From Octopus bimaculoides (Eukaryota): a DNA stretch of 64,000 bases. The stretch covers positions 61,436,867-61,500,866 of the forward strand of contig NC_068982.1 in assembly GCF_001194135.2 (NCBI RefSeq), in the 5' to 3' direction. Under the pieces are notes generated by a model. That model ran no database searches. It saw only the letters and a list, made by a program, of their open reading frames with translations, and was not told where the DNA came from. A program made the translations under genes and the position numbers. Each line of letters begins with the position of its first letter. Positions within the stretch are counted from its first letter, which is position 1. This document shows positions 1 to 12,670 of this stretch, one piece after another.

Positions 1-33
<33 letters not shown>

Positions 34-63
34 GGAGACAGACAGACAGACAGACAGATAGAC

Positions 64-94
<31 letters not shown>

Positions 95-113
95 CAGACA
101 CACAAACACACAC
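1..113. repeat. Compound (GATA)n/(GACA)n microsatellite ending in (CA)n
   Basis: Seen directly: gatagatagata... gacagacaga... acacac. Confidence 0.95.
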
Positions 114-334
114 AGGTTATTCACATTTTCTTCTTGGTGTTTAAATATTTTGTTCAGATAGTAATTACACAATGGTTTCCCTTATTGGATATCATCAATA
201 AGGATAACAAAAAATACAAAGCATGTGTTCCCATTTATTTTGGCTGCCTGGAATAATTAAATACAGCAAAGGTTTGGCTTTTTTTTTTATCAGTGGAGAT
301 GTATATTTTTTTAATAATAAGAAAACAATATTCT

Positions 335-378
<44 letters not shown>

Positions 379-454
379 TTGTAAAAATGTTTGGCAGAGT
401 CTAAAGTATGTTTTGCCTTATCTCATTTATTTTATTTTCATTTTCAAACCTTAC

Positions 455-555
455 CTGATGTTCTACTGTTTCTTTGCTAAATAAATTACAACCCAGACTC
501 ATTTCTACATGGAGAAACAAATGTAATGAATAAAAAACATTATATACTAGCATAC
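455..555 (-). CDS. Candidate internal coding exon of the unidentified - strand gene, (G)MLVYNVFYSLHLFLHVEMSLGCNLFSKETVEHQ, phase 1 to 0
   Basis: On the - strand: acceptor ggtattttgctttttgcag|, 101 nt open in one frame, donor CAG|gtaagg. Unique, non-repeat sequence. I do not recognise the protein family. Confidence 0.45.
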
Positions 556-857
556 CTGCAAAAAGCAAAATACCATTATCGCATATACAACAATCATACA
601 AGCATGCACAGAAATCATATATGCATATCTATATATATATATATACACAACACCATATATATAAAAAGATATGCATAGAAAAAATAATACCTTACGCACA
701 AAAGAATATCTAAAAATGCAAGTTCAAAACCAGAGAGTCTGGCAACAGTACAAAGGTGTGTGAGAAAGACACAAGTTCAAGCGTTCTTCCTAGATAACCT
801 TTAGAAACACTAAAAAGTCAAATGCAGTACACATACACATATTGGTGAGTGGGTGTG

Positions 858-892
<35 letters not shown>

Positions 893-1288
893 NNNNNNNN
901 NNNNNNNNNNNNNNNNNNNNNNNNNNNNNNNNNNNNNNNNNNNNNNNNNNNNNNNNNNNNNNNNNNNNNNNNNNNNNNNNNNNNNNNNNNNNNNNNNNNN
1001 NNNNNNNNNNNNNNNNNNNNNNNNNNNNNNNNNNNNNNNNNNNNNNNNNNNNNNNNNNNNNNNNNNNNNNNNNNNNNNNNNNNNNNNNNNNNNNNNNNNN
1101 NNNNNNNNNNNNNNNNNNNNNNNNNNNNNNNNNNNNNNNNNNNNNNNNNNNNNNNNNNNNNNNNNNNNNNNNNNNNNNNNNNNNNNNNNNNNNNNNNNNN
1201 NNNNNNNNNNNNNNNNNNNNNNNNNNNNNNNNNNNNNNNNNNNNNNNNNNNNNNNNNNNNNNNNNNNNNNNNNNNNNNNNNNNNNNNN

Positions 1289-1336
<48 letters not shown>

Positions 1337-2195
1337 TAGAATGTACAGCTTAAATGTGAGCACTGGTAGATGTGATTAACAACCAGATCGCATAAACCAA
1401 TCTGCCAACAAGGCAGAGAGAATGATGTACCTAGAGCAATGGAATAATCAGAACATAAGCAGATGTTTCAAAATTTACTGAAAGAATTATGTATCAAACA
1501 TCAACATAATGGTTGAGGTTGGCTTGGTTTGGTTTGAACTCCACTTGTTTCAGGGACAGGGGGTGTTTTATTGGTAGGGGGTGTCTATAAGGATGCACAA
1601 GAGATGTAGAAAAAGATGGGGAAACATTAGTAACAAAGACACAAGTAAAGGTATTCCATGAGAAGAACTATAGTTACATAGCAAAAAAAAACAAACTTGG
1701 AAGTATATTGACTTATTACATAGGCATTTGCTATTTTTTTATGTTAAAATGTCATGAATGCATTTGGTTATTTTCTATTCATTTTATTATCAAGATTTTA
1801 TTTACAATATATATATATATACACACACACACATGCATATATACATGTATATGCATAGAAATACATACAATAAATACATGTGTGTGTATGTATATACATA
1901 TCTGTACGCATGTGTGTGTGTATATCTACAAGTATATATTATCATTGTCATCATTATCATCATCAATGTCATATGAACATGCTATACTTGCATGAGTTAG
2001 AGTTTTTATTGAAGCTGGTTTTCAATGGCTAGGTGCACTTCTCATTACAAACCCTGACATGTTACCAAGTATGAAATGTTTCCCTGTGACAAGATATGTT
2101 TTCAGAGAATATTACAAACGAAAAACGTTGCTTCTATAAGAATGCAATGTCAAGGCAAGAAGACACAAACTTGCACACACTCACAGACATGTATA

Positions 2196-2630
2196 TACGA
2201 GGGGTGTCTGAAAAGTTTTGAGCCTAACCTAGAAAGGGGGCTGCTAGGTAGCTGAAACAATTTTTTCTGGTAAGTACAGTCTTTTTGGAGTATTCTTGCT
2301 CATTTTCATGATTCTGATATTTTAATTTTTTTTGTTGCAGATTTTTGAAAAAACAAGTGTCAAGGTTACAAGGAAAATGGAGAAAACTGAGTATCGTGCT
2401 GTCATAAGGTACCTTCATTTGAAAGGCATGACTCCATCAGAAATCCATGAAGATATGGTGAGAACCCTAACAGACAATGCTCCTTCATATTCAACAGTCA
2501 AACGCTGGGTAAATGAATTCCAGCATGGCAGGGAGAATGTGGAAGATGATCCCACACCTAGGAGACCACCAACTGCAACCACCAAGGACAACATTGACCT
2601 TGCTCTTGGTATGATAACGCAAGATTTATT
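2196..2630 (+). mobile_element. 5' fragment of a mariner (DD34D, irritans/Himar1-like) transposon: left TIR plus transposase N-terminal HTH
   Basis: TA followed by TIR tacgaggggtgtctgaaaagttttgagcct at 2196. ATG at 2377 gives MEKTEYRAVIRYLHLKGMTPSEIHEDMVRTLTDNAPSYSTVKRWVNEFQHGRENVEDDP, the mariner paired-like HTH. Truncated near the gap. Confidence 0.9.
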
Positions 2631-3650
2631 GAATAAATGAAATATTGAATATTAAATATTAAGTATTGAATATTANNNNNNNNNNNNNNNNNNNNNNNNN
2701 NNNNNNNNNNNNNNNNNNNNNNNNNNNNNNNNNNNNNNNNNNNNNNNNNNNNNNNNNNNNNNNNNNNNNNNNNNNTATATATATATATATATATATATAT
2801 ATGCATATATATACACATACACACATGTACACATATTATATATCTATATTCATGCACACCCACACACATCCAACCTTCCACCAAGTTTCTATCAAACAAT
2901 TCTTTCATTCAACAAGCTGTAAGTAACCTATGTCTTTGATAAAAGATATTTTTCTGATGCAATATCATGGATCGAACTCAGAACAATGTGATTGAGAATA
3001 AAGATTCTCAACCACACAGTAATATCAGAGAATATGTTTGAAAAAAATAAAAATAAAAATAAAGAAATAGCAGGATTGTCACGGTTGGAATGCCTCTGAT
3101 CATAGGTCAGTTTGATTAAGGTTGACCAGGGGCCCCAAACAACTATTATGATCAGCCACAGAATACCCTCTGATCACATAACTTCAACCAATTTTCTTCG
3201 TTCATTGTGTATGTGTTGTCAGTCTGGGCTGCTGGTTAGAGAGACAAACAAATATTTACCATTCTTTTCTCTACATATATTTCTTGTTTTCGTGTTTTGT
3301 TTTTTTTTTCTTTAATAAGACACTGATATTGAGCAAATAAAGATAGACAATATAAATCCTAATACTGTTTTTGTCAAAGAAATACATTCAAGTGTTGCTT
3401 TAAATAATATAAATAAAAAAAATAATAATAATACAAATACAAAATAAAAACTTCATACAAAATTGGCATAAATCTCATTTTTCAACTCCCATCCCATAAC
3501 TAGTAGCACTCTGATGAGATTCTTTCACAAAGCTAAACTACTATTGTCAGTCTTCCACACAGTTATGTACCCCTACTCCCCATCCCACTCACACCATAAG
3601 TACTTGATCAAAACGAATGCTAACCAATATACTAAATTATGTACAGGTTT

Positions 3651-3700
<50 letters not shown>

Positions 3701-4299
3701 CACACACACACATACACACAAAGATACATTTTCTTTTCACACTCACACACACATATAGAAACACAGATATAAATATATACATGCATTCAAGCATACAAAA
3801 ACACACGTACACCCCCACACATGTAAATACACAGGCTCTCAATCTTGATACAATGCTTATATATAAATATTTATGTCTCATATATAAAGTATGTGTATTT
3901 ATGTAATCTCTTAGTATCTCTCTTTTTCTCTCCCACGCATGCACACACACACACACACACACATGAGAAAGAAGAAATACGTATTGTATACTTTCATGTA
4001 TTACATGCATACACATACATGCACACACACACACGCATGCACAGATAGATAGCTAGATAGCATAAATATATATTACAAGTGTGTGTTATATATTGTGTGT
4101 TGTATATTGTGTGTTGTATATTGTGTGTGCATGTGTATGCACAGAAGAATAAATGAGTAGATAGCAATATAATACACCTAAGTTATACATGTGTGTAATA
4201 ATAGATAGCGAAATGCACACGCATGAACACAAACACACACATACGCACAAACACGTGCAGATGTGTTCTATGTATTTAGAGAACATAAACTTTACTGAA

Positions 4300-4570
4300 G
4301 CATACAAGAAGCTGCTTTCATGCAGTGCTGACCTGCGAGACCTGATAATCTACACTCTATCAGATTTACAACTGAATATTGAAAGTCCCAGAAGAGGATG
4401 TGCAAAACCAACTGGCCCCACAAGGGTGAAAATCAGACAGGATCAATGAATATTCAGCAGCAAGCTAAAGGCAATCAACCTTATTTCTTAACAGTGTTGC
4501 TTATGGTGAATCCCTAAAACTGACAATACAAATTACAGTTGATATCAGCAGGAGATATCGCATAAAGGCA
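4300..4570 (+). mobile_element. Highly decayed RTE-type LINE C-terminal fragment (tentative)
   Basis: Frameshifted translation gives AVLTCET..., SQKRM..., INEY/IQQQAK... and SAGDIA. These resemble the RTE C-terminal pattern VLTYGCETW...QR.M...NEWIRQQTKV...WAGHIAR. Confidence 0.35.
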
Positions 4571-5345
4571 GTGTATGAAAAGTTACAAACTGTAAAGATA
4601 ACTACATGACCATGCATACAATTCCTTTGATGTGTTTATCGACACAAAGAAAACTGATTTATCTTGCAAAGCCATAAAAGAAAGCTCATTCTTTATATAA
4701 ATATATGGATACATATCAAATAAATAAAAGATTCCATGTTACATCATTATATAATATATACAGAAAAGAGCAATAGCGTTTTTATTTTCAATATACCTAC
4801 TAGTAATATTGCTTTATGATAAGGAACTGTATCCACTAGCAGCTCTGCTTTATGGCAACCAAGTAAAAATGTTTGATGAACATTTCACACAACAATAAAT
4901 CAAGCAGAAGATAAATGACATAACTTGAATATAAGTTGTTGTTGTTTTTGTTGTGGTTGTGGTTATTATTGTTGTTGTTGTTGTTGTTATTGCTATTTTA
5001 ATGCCATCAGTGTTTCCATTCAGAAGATGAAAATCTATGTAATCTATATATATAAAGTGGAAGAGTGTATAATTTGGTCCGGTTTCAGATATTTGTTAAA
5101 GGTAAATCTGTTTCTCAAAATAAAGTTTTTCTTACACAAAAAAAAAAAAGAAAAATTTCATCTAGTTATGAACTGAAAAAAAGTGTAAATACCAGCTCCA
5201 GTGACTAACAAAGTAACAGTCATGGATGACCATTTTGTCATTTTTAAGTTCAATCAGGCATTATAATTAAACGTGTGTTTGCGTGTTCATATGAGTTCAT
5301 ATGTATGGTTTATAAATCAGTTACCACATACACACATACACATAC

Positions 5346-5428
5346 ATCAGATTCTATACACTTCACTGAAAATGAATACAGAGAACTCCCACTGTCATAG
5401 ACCAAGCACAAAGAATCCAATATTGGGG
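5346..5428 (-). CDS. Candidate internal exon of the - strand gene, (x)PILDSLCLVYDSGSSLYSFSVKCIESD, phase 1 to 0
   Basis: Acceptor gttctgtttttcttaactaacag| with a branch-like ctaac, 83 nt open in one frame, donor GAT|gtatgt. The donor overlaps a (CATA) repeat edge, so it may be chance. Confidence 0.3.
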
Positions 5429-5850
5429 CTGTTAGTTAAGAAAAACAGAACATTAAACCTATAACCATTAAAAAAAAAACAGTCAAAGCTTCTAATTTTC
5501 CTTACCTAATTATCCTGTAGGACAATAGAACAGTAAAAATAAGTGTTCATTAAGTGTTAAGTGTAGTAGTTTGGCCATGAGTTCTGAGTTCAATCTGTCA
5601 GTCAAACAATAGATGGGATTGTCAGAGGAATTTGCTAATTTCTTTTCCTTTTTTCATTTATTTAGTCCTTATTTTTCATCTATATCTGGAAAGGGGGTAG
5701 AAATTTATTCAAATTTCAAAAACAATAAACAGAAGTTTATACGAAAAACCCATAAAGCATTATGATAAAAATATTTTTTGTGTTGTTAGTTCAAATAATA
5801 CTCAAATGAAATGAACAAATTCATCTGACAGCCCAACATATAATCTAGAT

Positions 5851-6512
5851 TAGTGGTTCTCAACCATTTTTTGTCTGTGGACCTCTTTGTTTCCTGTTTT
5901 ACTCAGGTGGACCTTCATACTCCATTTGATGTTTAAAAAATCCTTTTATATTTTTATAACTAAATATAATGAATCATATAGGAAAAATTGGTAAAATACC
6001 TGTACAGACGAAGTATTTACTTTTATTCTTTTACTTGTTTCAGTCATTTGACTGCGGCCATGCCGAAGTACCACCTTGAAGGGTTTTAGTCAAACAAATC
6101 ACCCCCCAGGACATATTTTTTAAGCCGAGTACTTATTCTATCAGTCTCTTTTGCTGAACCACTAAGCTACAGGGACATAAACACACCAAAACCAGTTGTC
6201 AAGCAGTGATGGGGAGACAAACACAGATACACACATAGATATATACATACATATATATATATATATATNNNNNNNNNNTATATACATATGACAGGTTTCT
6301 TTCAGTTTCCATCTACCAAATCCACCCACAAGGTTTTGGTTGGCCCAAGGCTATAGTAGAAGACACTTGCCCCAAGGTGTCACACAGTGGGACTGAACCC
6401 AGAACCATGTGATTGGGTAGCAAGCTCCTTACCACACACCCACATTAATTTTAAAAACAAAATTTTATATGGATCCCCAGGGGTCCATATGACCCCTGGA
6501 TGAGAACTATTG
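5851..6512. mobile_element. Non-autonomous hAT (Charlie-like) MITE carrying a nested SINE
   Basis: Left end tagtggttctcaacc, right end ggatgagaactattg (consensus CAGTGGTTCTCAACC). The 8-bp TSD is atctagat/ttctagat, the NTCTAGAN target typical of Charlie-type hATs. Confidence 0.8.
6015..6443 (-). mobile_element. SINE family A copy (tRNA-like head, CORE-like domain, internal (TA/CA)n) nested in the hAT MITE
   Basis: Reverse complement of head ...accaaccacatggttcygggttcagtcccactg, CORE-like ccttgggcaagtgtcttctactatagcc and tail gactgaaacaagtaaaagaataaaag, all shared with many copies in this window. Confidence 0.9.
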
Positions 6513-6689
6513 TTCTAGATCAAAGGCCTCAAGCAAATGGCATCACATGTAGAACAGCTGACAGAATATCTCTCTGGCAGAGAACAATCTATCAACTTTC
6601 CTCTCCAGTGGATTTCATTCTACGAACCTTACAATATACAACAGGTATCTGAAATCTGGACAGTGTAACAACTTTGACAGAACTTTATT

Positions 6690-6880
6690 TAACCATTTAC
6701 CATTCAGATTATTATTCTGTCAAATATACTGCTTATTTATTCACATACTTTTGAATTAATCATGCATTTGAGATTTCGACGATGTGATGGCTTATTTTTA
6801 GAATGACATTGTAAGGTGGGTGTAAGAGGCCAAATCTGGCTGGTTTGAACATAAAACATAATACATATTGATTATAATAT
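6690..6880. mobile_element. Degenerate TTAA-MITE (family D) copy
   Basis: Internal sequence matches 30515-30724 (cattcagattattctgtcaaat...aattaatcatgcat...tttttagaatgacattgtaaggtgggtgtaagaggcc). Confidence 0.7.
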
Positions 6881-6919
6881 TTGTGCAGATAATCTGCACC
6901 CATGCCTGTGGCATGTAAA

Positions 6920-7132
6920 CGCACTCCAGTGTCATGGAAATGGCACCAGTGCCGGTGGCACATAAAAGCACCCATTACACTCTCAGAGTGGTTAGCATTA
7001 GGAAGGGCATGCAGCTGTAGAAAACCATGCCAAATCAGACCGGAGTCTGGTGGAGCCTTCTTGCGTGCCAGCCCAGTCAAACCATCCAACCCATGCCAGC
7101 ATGGACAATAGACATTAAATGATGATGATGAT
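6920..7132 (+). mobile_element. RTE-derived 3' end (family C) with (GAT)n tail
   Basis: ggcacataaaagcacc...actctcagagtggttagcattaggaagggcat...ccaacccatgccagcatgga...ttaaatgatgatgatgat. The same sequence is the RTE 3' UTR at 51780-52070. Confidence 0.85.
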
Positions 7133-7288
7133 ATGTCTGTATTTTGCATACTCTATACAATAAAATATAGCTACATATTTTATACACACTTTACATAAAA
7201 TTAGAAATATATATAATATCACATCACTAATATAGGCATTGGAACAGTTGTGTGGTTTGTATATGTATATATACACGTACATACACAC

Positions 7289-7331
<43 letters not shown>

Positions 7332-7347
7332 AATATGCATATAATAG

Positions 7348-7501
7348 GCATACATGTGGGGCTGTGTGATAAGAAGTTTGCTTCCCAACCACATGCTTCC
7401 AGGTTCAGTCCCAATGCATGGCACCTTGTGCAAGTATCTTCAACAGTAGCCTCAGGCCAACCAAAGCCTTGTGAGTGGATTTGCTAGACAGAAACTGAAA
7501 G

Positions 7502-7540
<39 letters not shown>

Positions 7541-7797
7541 CCGGCACGGCTGCAACCAAATGACTGAAACAAGTAAAAGAATAAAAGAATATGCGTGTGT
7601 GTGTGTGTGTGTGTCTCTCTCTCTCTCTTCTCTTCTCTCTCTTTGTGTCTGTGTTTGTCTCCCACCACAATTTATAACCAGTGTTGGCATGTTCACATCC
7701 CGCCTAACTTAGCAGTTTTGCAAAAGAGACCAATAGATTCATTTGTCTAAAAATTTCTTCAAGACGGTACCCCAGGCTGAAACAAGTAAAAGATTAA
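7348..7797 (+). mobile_element. SINE family A copy with a second tail fragment inside its microsatellite
   Basis: Head at 7348, CORE-like segment, (TG)n, a tail gactgaaacaagtaaaagaataaaag at ~7560-7590, then the normal 3' half and a second tail at ~7777-7797. Confidence 0.8.
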
Positions 7798-7846
7798 AAA
7801 AAAAAAGCCTTATTAGTGCTCAAAGACTCAATTGTTATATTTTATT

Positions 7847-8054
7847 TTAAACCTTTCAAGATCAACCTGTCTGAGACCATCTCCTAGTTATCTGATACAA
7901 ACTTTTTGTTTTAAAATGGTTTGAATTAAAACCTTCCATCAACATTTCATATGCATTTATTTTCCAAAACTAGCTCAGTAATGACAAGTTATTTTACAAT
8001 ATTTTTCATTATTTTCAATGCATTTAAACAGAAGTATGGTAACAAACGGGTTAA
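7847..8054. mobile_element. TTAA-MITE family E
   Basis: ttaa-acctttcaagatcaacctgtctgagacc...atggtaacaaacggg-ttaa; matches 8305-8530 and 54937-55149. Confidence 0.75.
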
Positions 8055-8304
8055 TATAAAGTTTGAAAATCCTAAAGAAAATAAAAACCAGAATCTAAGA
8101 AAAATAATTGTCAGCATCATCAAAAATCAGTAATTAACATTTGCAACTTTAAATAATTTTATACATCATGTTGGAGACATGAAGTAGAAATGTTTTAAGC
8201 AAGAAAAAAATATCTTATATATTCATAATTTTATATTTTACCCCAAAGAAAGGCACTACCAACTCTCACAAAGTATGCAAATTTATTCCAATTAATGACC
8301 ATCT

Positions 8305-8530
8305 TTAACCCTTTTGATACCATCCTGCCTGAGACTGACCCTGGTTCTTAGATACAAACATAATTTTTTTTTAAATGATCTAAGTTAGAACTACCCAGGA
8401 ATTTCCTGTTAATTTATGTTCAAAACATCAGCTTAATAATAACAAAGTTATTTTACTTAATTTGTCGTTATTTTTCAATTAAAACAAAAGGAAGTATATT
8501 TCAACATTAATATGGTAACAAAAAGGTTAA
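8305..8530. mobile_element. TTAA-MITE family E (piggyBac-like termini)
   Basis: TTAA|cccttttgatacc...ggtaacaaaaagg|TTAA. Confidence 0.85.
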
Positions 8531-8866
8531 ATATAAACTGTGGATAAAACTGAAGTTAATGATGATATCAACATTCTATGTACTACTTCAGAATAAAAAC
8601 AGAAATGGTTAACTGTGTATGAAAGAAGAAACTATCACCTACTTCAGCAAACAAAGTTGAATTTTTGTTGGCATGCAGCAAATGAAATAATAAAAGTCAA
8701 TGACCAGTACTTTAACAAATGTATATATGGTATAAAAGACCAAAACTAATAATATAAGCAATTAATCTTAAATTAGTAATTAAAATCTCAATTTACATGC
8801 AATGCATTGTTTTTTTTTACATTCATTTCTTATTTGTTATTGTCTTTTTATTTTATACAGTTAAGT

Positions 8867-9094
8867 TTAACCCTTTAGCATTTAAACCAGCTGTATCCGG
8901 CCAAAATACTGTTTCTATTTAACGTTCAAATTGGCTAGATTCAACCTCTCACACCTACCCTACAATATCATTCTAAAAATAAACAAATACATCATCAACA
9001 TTTCAAAGCTAGAAGATAATACATGATTAATTCAGAACAGTGTAAATAAATAAGCCTTACATTTGGCAGAATAATCTAAATGTTAAAAGGTTAA
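8867..9094. mobile_element. TTAA-MITE family D (piggyBac-like termini)
   Basis: TTAA|ccctttagcattt...aaatgttaaaagg|TTAA. Confidence 0.9.
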
Positions 9095-9461
9095 GCAAGA
9101 AGATTATAATTCCATCTGAGAGACTGTTCTCTCAACTTTCTCTAAAAGATAATCTGCAGACAGTAACTTTGCTATTAACTTTTTTCTTTTCTTTTATTTT
9201 AAAAGAACAGGACTTGTAGAGTTGCAACTATGGTTAGTGATATACACCATTTTTTAATCAACTCCACTAATTATCATCTTTAACTCTGACTTATTCATAT
9301 CTCTTCATTCTATTCCTTTGTAAATAGCATTTAATACTCCTATTGAAAATCACATTGATTAGCTACAAGTTAAAATGTTTCAAATCCCAGTTTTTTGTGA
9401 TTTTTTTTTTCTGTTAATGCTTTAAGAGATAAATAATAGTTGTGAAATTTTTAAAGATTAT

Positions 9462-9672
9462 TTAACCTTTTAGCATTTAAACCAGCCATATTTGGGCAAA
9501 ATATTCTACCAGCTTTATGTTCAAAACAGCCACATTCAGCCTCTTACACTTACACTACAATGTCATTCTAAAAATAAACAATTATGCCATTAAAATCTTG
9601 AAGCTAAGAGACAGTGTATGACTAATTCAAAGTAATGAGAATATAAAAAACATCTGAATGCTAAAGGGTTAA
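9462..9672. mobile_element. TTAA-MITE family D
   Basis: TTAA|ccttttagcattt...gaatgctaaaggg|TTAA. Confidence 0.9.
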
Positions 9673-9941
9673 GTGACATATCTGTTCTATGATACCTTTA
9701 CAATATCATTGTAAATTCATGCCATCCAATCATAAACAAATTATTGCAGCAGCTACTAGAATCACAGGAATCAGATCCAAGGATATAAATCAAAATTAGA
9801 GTAAATTATATTAAAGAATTTAACATTATATAATTTAACAGCTTCCAAATATCTTAGATGCTGAATGGTTCTATCATATATTTGCCTATAATTGCTGGAG
9901 CAATATCCTTTTCCACCAAGACACACTCCTTTTTACTAATC

Positions 9942-10399
9942 TTAACCCTTTAGCATCTAGATTATTCTATAACTACACTCTCGGAGTGGTTTACTACACT
10001 CTCAGAGTGGTTTACTACACTCTCGGAGTGGTTTACTACACTCTCGGAGTGGTTGGCGTTAGGAAAGGCATCCAGCTGTAGAAATTCTGCCAGATCAGAT
10101 TGGAGCCTGGTGCAGCCTTCTGGCTTGCCAGTTCTCAGTCAAATCGTCCAACCCATGCTAGCATGGAAAGCGGACGTTAAACGATGATGATGATGATGAT
10201 GATGATGTAATGCTTATTTACTCACATTGTTTTAAATTAATCATGCATTATCTTGTAGCTTTGAGATTTCAATGATGTAATTGCTTATTTTTAGAATGAT
10301 ATTGTAGGGTAAGTGTGAGAAGCTGGATCTGGCCATTTTAAACATAAAACAGGTTGAATATTTGAGTCAGATGTGGCCAGTTTAAATGCTGAATGTTAA
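9942..10399. mobile_element. TTAA-MITE family D interrupted by an RTE 3' end insertion (9972-10207)
   Basis: The MITE left end at 9942 resumes after the (GAT)n tail at ~10207 (gtaatgcttattt...) and ends aatgctgaatgttaa at 10399. Confidence 0.85.
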
Positions 10400-10639
10400 G
10401 AAAGAGTGATAGCTTTCTTTTAGCTACATTTTAATATTGTGTTATGCTGAAGTTTGAATAGATATTTTTACACCCTGATTCTCAGTTTGGTTGATGAGAA
10501 ACTTTTTAAGCAACAAAAGGATTCAACAACACTGAAAGTTTGAATCTTCTGTGAAATCTTTCTGCAAAGTTAAATTTGTATTATATGATTAACAAATAGT
10601 TTTGAAGGAAATATACAAAGCAATATCTTCTGTATTATT

Positions 10640-11029
10640 ATATCATTATATTGTTGATATTACAAGAACTGGAAAGGGAAAACTACTGAGGAGTAAGTAC
10701 AAATGACAGAGAAATAGGATGGGAAATAAAGTGGAAAAGTTTGATAACGAAGAGAAAGAGTGAGACACTGAACAGATGATAGAACAAGTAATAGTTGAAT
10801 AAGAGAAATATGAATTGTTGCGAAAAGAGTAAGTGGAGGTAACTAAAGAGAAAGGGTGATGAGAAGAGTAGCAATAGAAAGTGAAAAGAACAGAGAGAGA
10901 GAAAGAGATAAAAGAGGACGGAGTGAGAGAAATAGAGAACAACAGTTACTGTAGAAACAGAGAGATAAAATAACAGAGTATATGAAGAAAGAGATAAAGA
11001 AAGAAAATTACAGAAACAACAGAGGCAGC

Positions 11030-11073
<44 letters not shown>

Positions 11074-11180
11074 ATAAGGCTTCAGAGAGAAAAATAATAC
11101 ATACATATGGTAAAAAATGAAAATGGGAGTAGATAGAGAGAGAAACAGAGAAGATAGAGAAAAAATTATAATAAAGGAGT
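10640..11180. repeat. Long purine-rich low-complexity tract with (AG)n core (pyrimidine-rich on the - strand)
   Basis: Composition seen directly; pure (AG)n at ~11031-11092. Confidence 0.85.
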
Positions 11181-11562
11181 TTAGAGAATAAGAACAAAAT
11201 CCCCGAAATATCCCCCAAACAGCTTGGCACATTCTCAGATAATGTGAAAAAAATAAAGAACAAACAAAAAAAAAAATCAATGAATGATGTTTCAAAAGGA
11301 TATATAAAACAGTTTAGGGTCTTTTGATTTGTTTGGGGATTTGCTTGTTTGTTATATGCATTTTGTAATTGTTTCATGAGCAAGTGTAATAAAGAATAAT
11401 AATAATAATAATGCAATAATAATATAATGATGATGATGATGATGATGGTAACAACAACAACAACAGGGAAAAGCTAAGTGAAAACCATCAGGATGTCAAT
11501 GTAAAGGAACCAAGAAAAATAAGCACGTGCAAGCACATTATATGTATGACTACATATACATA

Positions 11563-11602
<40 letters not shown>

Positions 11603-11878
11603 NNNNNNNNNNNNNNNNNNNNNNNNNNNNNNNNNNNNNNNNNNNNNNNNNNNNNNNNNNNNNNNNNNNNNNNNNNNNNNNNNNNNNNNNNNNNNNNNNN
11701 NNNNNNNNNNNNNNNNNNNNNNNNNNNNNNNNNNNNNNNNNNNNNNNNNNNNNNNNNNNNNNNNNNNNNNNNNNNNNNNNNNNNNNNNNNNNNNNNNNNN
11801 NNNNNNNNNNNNNNNNNNNNNNNNNNNNNNNNNNNNNNNNNNNNNNNNNNNNNNNNNNNNNNNNNNNNNNNNNNNNNN

Positions 11879-11941
<63 letters not shown>

Positions 11942-12399
11942 AAACACACACATATACATATATATATATAAACAGATATACACACAGACACCTTCACATA
12001 CAAATACATACATTTTATACTAGATTTATTAGTTTATTGCAGTTGATCCTTTCCTTGTTTTTTTAATTATTGTTTTAATAACGGAATCAATAAAACCACA
12101 GCTTGTTGTAAATACAGTAATCGTAAGGACATACTCCTCCCATAATAATTCGCATAGAAACAGGAAGGGCTTTACATAAAAGTGTGTGTGTGTGCATGTG
12201 TGTAAGCTTGAGATTTCAAGCAAAGGTCAAAAATTACTCAATAACAGAAAAGAGTATAGCTGTTTACTGTTGTACAGATTACTTTGTTATTACTCAGTTT
12301 CACAAATGCTGTCTGCAAAATAACTTAGAAATCAGTAGCGTATATGGAATACTGTGTGTAGTAAGTTGAACAACATGAGAAAGAAATATATATATATTA

Positions 12400-12670
12400 C
12401 ATATATCTGTATGTTGTGTACTTGAGTAAGACACTTCATTTCACGCTTCCCCAGTTCACTCAGCTGTAGAAATGAGTTACAATGTCAATTGTGCCAAACT
12501 GTATCAGCCTTTCCCTCAGATAACATCGGTGATCAGTGGTGTGAAGACAGGAGGCTTGTATGCATGGGCAACTGCTGGTCTTCCATAAACAAGCTTGTCT
12601 GGACTTGTGCCTCAGAGTGTAACTTTCTAGGTGCAATCCTATGGTCATTCATAACCGAAAGGGGTCTTTA
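12400..12670 (+). mobile_element. SINE-like interspersed repeat (family G), also at ~20590-20815
   Basis: Both loci share gagyaagacacttcatttcacg/cgc...cactcagctgtaraaatgagt, a V/CORE-like central SINE motif. Confidence 0.55.

Noticed and set aside
696-738. - strand exon candidate (R)LSGFELAFLDILLC with a gtaagg donor
   Set aside because: It ends in phase 0, which is incompatible with the adjacent phase-1 candidate at 455-555; at most one can be used in that chain.
4290-4590. - strand host exon (signal-peptide-like MRYLLLISTVICIVSF)
   Set aside because: Stops in all frames before any good donor; the + strand reads better as a decayed RTE C-terminus.
9972-10055. CRISPR-like 21-bp repeats
   Set aside because: Head-to-tail with no unique spacers, no cas genes, eukaryotic context, and the unit belongs to an RTE tail.
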